Below, piece after piece: positions 57,369-64,000 of a DNA stretch of 64,000 nt. Position 1 is the first letter of the stretch. Every line of letters starts with the position of its first letter. Under the pieces are notes generated by a model that did not search any database, was not told where the DNA came from, and was given only the letters and a program-made list of their open reading frames with translations. The translations under genes were made by a program, and so were the position numbers. Source of the stretch: Octopus vulgaris (lineage: Eukaryota); NCBI GenBank assembly GCA_951406725.2, contig OX597825.1, positions 26,474,001 through 26,538,000 of the forward strand, written 5' to 3'.

Positions 57369-58215
57369 TTCTTCTTCTTCTTCTTCTTCTTTTTCTTCTT
57401 CTTCTTCTTCTTCTTCTTCTTCTTCGGTTCGTTTGTGCATTTGAGCGGCACATCGGGCAGCCAGTAATCCCCAATTATCTCCGTCTCTGGCCAACTCATT
57501 TGCTTCTTCCAAGGTGATATCCCGTCTGTGTATGTCTTCTTTGAAGGTGCTATGCCATGTCTTCGTTAGCCGACCTCTTTTTCTCTTACCCTTCCAGCGA
57601 CACCCAGCCCATTCCTGTTTTGGTAAACCGCTTCTCTGGTAGTCATAGTATGTGTTCAGCTATTCTCACTCAGCGTTCAGTTGCAATTGTATGCCGACGC
57701 CTTATACTTGCTGCTTGGAGAATGGCTTCATTTGTCACTGTCCCGATAAGTGATTCTTAACATCTTTCTGAGGCACTGCTGGTGAAATACGTCGAGTTGG
57801 CAGCCGATTTTTGCTGTCATCTTCCAGGTCTTAGCTGCTTCAATCACTATTGCCAGTATTATTGTTTTGTACAGATGAATCTTCAGCTCTATCCTAATGT
57901 TATTGCTGCACCAGAGTGTTGTCAGTCTCCTAAATATTGCTGCTGCCTTGCCATTTCTGCAGTTCACATCTACCTCTGCAATGTCATTGCCACTGTGCTT
58001 CCCAGATATGTGAAGCTTGTAACCTCTTCAACTGCTTCTTGTTGAACTTTCATTCGTACACTTTCTATTTATTTCTCAACTTGCTTGGATTTTGCAGATG
58101 ACATTCTTGGCTGAGAATCGCCCAACATTTCAAGAAATGAGAAAAAAGATAAAAAAGCAAGCGGAGAAGAATGCGTTGAGAAGCAGCGATCAAAAAACGA
58201 AGGTATGAAGTATGT
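57369..58215 (-). mobile_element. RTE-clade LINE 3' fragment with (GAA)n tail and an inverted 5' segment
   Basis: Minus strand: QEAVEEVTSFTYLGS...GKAAAIFRRLTTLW...KIHLYKT...KTW...LDVFHQQCLRKMLRITYRD. Plus strand 58085-58215: LDFADDI/LAENRPTFQEM...KQAEKNALR..QKTKV. Confidence 0.85.
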
Positions 58216-58332
58216 CGGTGTTTTAATCTAACTCACTCATTTATAAGCTTAGGATATGAACGGTAATAGCTAGTTAACATTTTGGTTTGGTGCTGGCGCT
58301 GAGTGATTTAAAACATTTTCCGATTGATATTA

Positions 58333-58900
58333 TTGGGTTGTCAGAAACGTTCGTGCCGGTTTTTAAAGGAAAGAAAAATGTCAATAAATACTTGCCATTA
58401 CATTTTTAGTCAACCAAATATGAACTATTTTGTTACAGAATGCGTCTCCATCTTTCCTTTAACTTGAAAATACCCTCTTCCCAGAATTGATGTGGTTTCG
58501 TGGTAAAGAATTCATGAAGGTATCTTTTTACGTCATCCAAGGAATTGAAATTTTTATTATTAAGACTATTCTGCAGAGACCTGAATAAGTAGAAATGAAA
58601 TCCAAACGAGCTCTTTCTAGTAAATTTGGAGGGTAAGGTAACACATCCCAGCCGAAATGCAGCAATTTTTGTCTGGTTCCCAAAGCATCAAGTGCCGAAA
58701 ATGAACATTCCTATCTTCCATTTTAAAGGGTTACAGAATTAACACAGGTTATAGGTACATAAACCTTCTTCCACGAAAAGATAGCTTAAACTGTGCTCTA
58801 AACTGTGTAGTCAAATCCTATTTTATTGACTCAACAATGTTCTAAAATAAGTCAAAATGTATGCTACTATAAATCGGCACGAGCTTTCCGGACAACTCAA
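58333..58900 (-). mobile_element. Internally deleted mariner transposon (568 bp) with TIRs and TA TSD
   Basis: TA-TTGGGTTGTCAGAAACGTTCGTGCCG ... CGGCACGAGCTTTCCGGACAACTCAA-TA. MEDRNVHFRHLMLWE is fused to TRQKLLHFGWDVLPYPP...YLFRSLQNSL...FWEEGIFKLKERW. Confidence 0.92.
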
Positions 58901-58914
58901 TAGTTTCGTCATGT

Positions 58915-59147
58915 ACCTATTTCTTTACTACCCACAAGGGGCTAAACACAGAGATGACAAAGGACAGACAAACGGATTAAGTCGATTATATCGACCCCAG
59001 TGCGTAACTGGTACTTATTTAATCGACCCCGAAAGGATGAAAGGGAAAGTCGACCTCGGCGGAATTTGAACTCAGAACGTAGCGGCAGGCGAAATATTGC
59101 TAAGCATTTCACCCAGCGTGCTAACGTTTCTACCAGCTCGCCGCCTT
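58915..59147 (-). mobile_element. SINE family B, full length, well preserved
   Basis: Reverse complement GGCGGCGAGCTGGTAGAAACGTTAGCACGC...GAGTTCAAATTCCGCCGAGGTCGAC...GTGGGTAGTAAAGAAATAGG. Confidence 0.9.
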
Positions 59148-59374
59148 TAGTTTCTTAATGTACCGTTTAATGTGTCTTATTATAAAAGTAGAATGTGTGA
59201 TAACGAACATCCATCAATATGAGCATATTTTGATATATTAACTTACCGTAGTTTCAATATAATTTCAGTGTGCACGTTAGGACTGTTACTATCAAAACAT
59301 TAATATTACCTCAACACTACTCCTATTAATGGCAAAAATAACAATAGTCATTTATCTACTATAAATATTTATTC

Positions 59375-59550
59375 TTTTTTCCTATAGGTACAAAGCCTGG
59401 AATTTCGCAGGGCGTCCTTATTTTATCGACTCCGAAATTATGGATGGTACAGCCAACCTCGCTGGAATTTGAACTCAGGATGTAAAGCCAGAAGAAATGC
59501 TGCGAGGGGTTTTCTTTGGCATGTTAATGGTTCTGTCAGCTCACTGCCTC
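59375..59550 (-). mobile_element. SINE family B, decayed
   Basis: TTTTATCGACTCCGAAA..GGAATTTGAACTCAG..GTCAGCTCACTGCC. Confidence 0.65.
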
Positions 59551-60209
59551 CATAGTGATAACTATAGCAACAGCAACAACAATACCAGAAACAATATGAG
59601 AGCAATGGAACTTTCCAATACACCCAGCTTGCAACCTGTTTATTTACAATGGCTGTATAATTGACAAGAGTTAAAATTTTCAAAACAGTTAATATTTTCT
59701 TGCCCTCTAAACCAGGAGGCGGGTTCGATCCTAAAGCGATCCGAGACCACCTCATACTTGTACTGAAAAACTACTTTTGATATTAACTACTAACCACCAC
59801 CATCATTACCTTCATCACTAGTGTCAAAAGGATACGCATAGCTACCATCGCCATGGTCATGATCCTCTTCCTGAGTATGCGCATAATGATTAAAAAGATC
59901 ACGATAATATAATGGTCGTAGTAATGATATTTTGCTGATAATGATGGATGGCGAGCTTGATAATTATGATGATAATATCATTCTATGACGGATGTAATGG
60001 AATAAATAGTAACAAGTAAAAACAAACAAAAAGTTGTAAAAGACATAAAAAACACGTTTAAATGTTACAAATAATTATACAAACAATAGATTAATTAATT
60101 CTATTTGAAATTAAATGAGATGTAATCTATTTCTCTTTCACTTTTCTTTCATTGTTATGCTTCTATATTTTTTATGGTTCTTCTGCCGATAATATTATTT
60201 TTGTTATTA

Positions 60210-60316
<107 letters not shown>

Positions 60317-60584
60317 TTTTAATGGTTTTGAAGTAGAAATGACTGTATTGTTGTTGTTGTTATTAATATTATTATTAGTAATAGGAGAGTTGTAGTAGTA
60401 TCAGAAGAAGAAGAAGGAGGAGGAGGAGAAGAAGAAGAAGAAGAAGAAGAAGAAGAAGAAGAAGAAGAAGAAGAAGAAGAAGAAGAAGAAGAAGAAGAAG
60501 AAGAAGAAGAAGAAGAAGCAGTGTTGAATATATGCATTTTCTCGATATTGTTTTTCTTATTGCCTTCATATTGTATTACTTTCA

Positions 60585-60637
60585 TTTTCATTTCATCTAG
60601 TTTCAGCTCACGAGCTGTGGCCATGCTGGGGCACCGC
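60585..60637 (-). mobile_element. Isolated SINE/LINE 3' tail with stem-loop
   Basis: Reverse complement of the 19030-19085 sequence. Confidence 0.7.
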
Positions 60638-60794
60638 TATTAAGTGCGAATTTTCCAAATATTTTCTTAGTGATAATGGAAGATGCAAAATAGTTTGATA
60701 TGCATTGGTTAAAGACGAAATCGGAGGGGAAGAAATAAGACAGGAGATGTAAGTAATAATAACAAGATAAATAATACTAATGATAATAATGACT

Positions 60795-61870
60795 TCATTT
60801 ATTTGCAAGAGGGCGAATGATGGAGGGTACAATGCAGAGACGGACATAAAATGTGAGGATTTACATATAATAATGATATGATAACTAAAAATATATATAT
60901 ACACACGGTATACACTGGGAAAGAGGAGACAGTATACAGTGGTACAAAAATAGTGAGTGGAGATGATAGCTCTCCTGATACAGGAACACCTCTTGGGATA
61001 AACGAGGAATCCCACCGTCCAAAATTTCCCTGAATCCCTATGAGCAAGTGCCCCCTCCAATTCCTTCTCTCTGACTCACAGGTTTCCACTTAAAGAGGTA
61101 CCATCTACTCTAGCCATTTTACAACTTTCACCCACTTTTTGATAAATTCACTCGAGGGCAGCGCTTCCCTCTCAATTTCATTTTCGAGTGAAACTTGAAA
61201 TAGTCAATGATCGCTCTACTAAAGTGGAATGTATCTTTCCTCATTACTTTGTCCGCTAATCAACCTCTTTTGCCACAGACACCAGGGAAAAGAGATCATC
61301 AGAGCTGACAAATGGGTCCGTCCCACACGTAACAGTGACTGTTAAACCTAACCGTACAAATTAGCAATACCCGGTTACTGAACGAGGGCCGTCACACTGC
61401 TCACCGCAGACAAGACCGTGTGACAGCGCATCCGTACCTGTAGAGCTTGTCTCGAACCTGTAGGTCACTCCTCGCTAGCACCGCCGCGCCAAGAACATCT
61501 GAAAATTTACTATGAGAGCTCCTGACCGGAAAGTCCTCCGGGACAGACTAGCCAGTACGTTCACGTCGGCGCCCAGAGTCTCCCCGAGAACATCGTCGCT
61601 CTTGCCCGCCACTAATCCTCTATAAATTTTTAAAGCGGTAATCCACCGATCCCATTGCTCGACTGGTTGGGGATTGTGAACGCCTGACAACATTCTAGGT
61701 GACAGTCGCACAGTTTCGGTCGTTTCTTCACCCATGACTGCAGCTCCGTCAAGGAGACGAGCTGGTGAAAGACGAGCCTGACAAACGGAGGCCACTGACG
61801 CTCACCTTCCAGAAATCGTTGGATGTGGCGTAATCTAAGCGCGTGTCGGCGCAGTGGACCTCCCACAAGA
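60795..61870 (-). mobile_element. Tx1/L1-clade LINE 3' fragment (zf-RVT region and 3' UTR)
   Basis: GC-rich block. Fragments RDKLYRYGCAVTRSCLR (zf-RVT-like) and IDYFKFH..EREALPSSEFIKKWVKV..MARVDGTSL. The UTR ends in AAATAAA. Confidence 0.7.
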
Positions 61871-62015
61871 ATTTAAATAACAGACGCTCCAGCCTGGTCA
61901 AGCAAATGATGTTATTATTATTTTTATTATTATTAATGTTATTATTATTATTATTGTTGCTGTTGTTGTTGTTGTTGCTGTTGTTATTATTAATATTATT
62001 ATTATGTTGATGATT

Positions 62016-62047
<32 letters not shown>

Positions 62048-62280
62048 AATAATAATAATAATAATAACTCAGTTAACTTGGTTTTACAAATAGATTGTGG
62101 AGAAACCCTGTGTTCTCTTATAAAAATAATAATGAAGATGATGAAGATGATTATAATTTCTATTATTATCATGATCATTATGATTGTTGTTGTTTTTTTT
62201 AATGAATATGATCACGATGACGATCTGAAGCAGCTACTGTAGCAGACGGGTTACCTGCCACAACAACAACAGTAGCTGTA

Positions 62281-62283
62281 GTG

Positions 62284-62335
<52 letters not shown>

Positions 62336-62580
62336 GATGAGGAGGAGGAAGAGGAGGAGGAAGAGCAAAATAAGAAGGAGGAGAAAAAGAAGAAGAAAAA
62401 GAAACAAGAAGTAGCGGAAGAAGGACAGGAAGAATGAGGAGAAGAAGAAGAAGAAGAAGAAGAAGAAGAAGAAGAAGAAGAAGAAGAAGAAGAATGAGGA
62501 GGAGAAGAAGAAGAGGAAGAAGAAGAAGAAGAAAAAGAAGAAGAAGAAGAAGAAGAAGAAGAAAAAGAAGAAGAAGAAGG
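62281..62580. repeat. Compound (AGT)n/(AAG)n microsatellite
   Basis: Direct reading. Confidence 0.95.
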
Positions 62581-64000
62581 TAATATGTTTGTTGAAGAAT
62601 AAAGCCTTATATGGTACACAGAAAGAGGACGGTGGTGAAGGAAAAGAGTTTGTTAAATGATAGATAGATAGACAAATAGATAGATAGAGAGATAGAGAAA
62701 AAGAGTAAGTTTGTAGGTAGGTTTTGTAGGTAGAGAGGTAGGTAGGTAGGTAGGTAGGTATGTAGGTAGATATGCTGATATATAAAATGAGAAAGGAGGT
62801 AAGTAGAAAGTGAATGATGAGTGGATGATGGAAAGTATAAATGTATGAATGCATGGAAAGAAAAAAGCAGTGAAACATACTGAATGAAAATGATTGCGAT
62901 TGAATTCAAATATTCCTTTTTTTTTTTCTTGATCAAATACAAGAAACAAAAAAGAAAAAGAAAAAAAAAACTAACAACAATCATGTCGTAACCGAACTGA
63001 ACAATATGCAACCAACATTTGAAAGAATACTTAGACACCGTTAACAAAATAGTGGGAAAATTAGTTTCCATATAGTGTTGTTTTTTTTTTTTTAGTTTTT
63101 TGTTTTTTTTGTTTTTCCCAAAATTTCGCGGAAACCTAAGAAAATGAAAGCGAAAATATTAAAATATATAAATACAGAAATTAATAATGAAATAAAAATA
63201 TAAATAGCTAAAATTTAGAAAGTAAAATAAATACAAATTAGATATTTCAAGAAAATTATTTTGTTTTTCACTTGTTTCTTTATATATTTATGTTCTATTC
63301 TTCTTCTTCTTATTATTATTATTATTATCAGTATTATTGTCTTGGTTATTATTTCATATATATATTTTTTTTTACTTTACATTTTCAATAAAGTCTTTAA
63401 GGCTGTGTTGTTTCTTGGCAACTTTATCGAATATTATGAAAATACTGATGTTTGAACAAGGAACTATAACAAAACCAAAATTTTCAAAACACACACATGT
63501 ACACAGTCACACACTCACACACTCACGCAGAGACACAAATTCTTCGACACACATACAAGAATGAAGAAATAAAACAATACTATCAATAAAAAAAAAATGT
63601 TTTGCAAATTTCAAACAATAGATATTAATTATTTCGTTGATTTGAATATAATAAAATATATAGAAAAAAAATGTTGCCATGGAGTTTCTTCATCGATGTT
63701 TGAATTGTTGCTCAATGAACTTGAGAAAATTCTCGCAAAACCTACTAAACCAGTAAGGAATCGTTTTCCAAACTCACTACTCTATAGTATTTTTTATTGA
63801 TTGTTTGGTATTTTCATTTTTGTATTTTCTTCTTTGATTTGTTGTGTTGTTGCAGTTAGAAAGGAATTATTTTGTGTTTCCTGAAAAATTTGAATATCTT
63901 GAAAGAGTAAATGTGTTTTGCCAGTAACAGTGGTGGAGATGTTTGTGACTGTGTAGTGTTTGTTTCCTTTTACGATATTTTATTCATTTTTTTTTTTTTT

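Noticed and set aside
61475-61866. GC-rich ORFs that might be a host exon or viral insert
   Set aside because: They are collinear with the Tx1/L1 ORF2 C-terminus and 3' UTR and are frameshifted.
62880-64000. TE-poor A/T-tract region resembling a UTR near a gene
   Set aside because: No exon or ORF evidence within the window.

Overview
AT-rich, microsatellite-dense eukaryotic DNA with no confidently identifiable host protein-coding gene, so it is intergenic or lies in a very large intron. The repeat repertoire strongly suggests a cephalopod (Octopus) genome; this is inferred from recalled repeat families, not searched. Most ORFs in the supplied track are microsatellite artefacts. Real content: three tRNA-derived SINE families in many copies; R4/Dong-type REL-endonuclease LINE fragments in (TAA)n/(TACA)n tracts; an RTE LINE with a 5' inversion; a Tx1/L1-type 3' fragment; mariner, maT/DD37D and hAT transposase relics; two non-autonomous Helitrons; and Tc1-type MITEs. 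The most interesting signals are: (1) a young non-coding Penelope/retrozyme-like element at 25291-26076 with two tandem minimal hammerhead ribozymes (U3-A8 core variant) 362 nt apart, plus several other variant hammerhead motifs in unrelated repeats; (2) a cassette at about 5017-5823 with repeated, fixed-spacing CCAAT+CRE modules, then TATA, a perfect Kozak ATG and a splice donor; (3) a local inverted duplication at 21678-22707 and many other fold-back structures that would form dsRNA if transcribed. All calls were made by eye; boundaries are approximate unless TIRs or TSDs are quoted.
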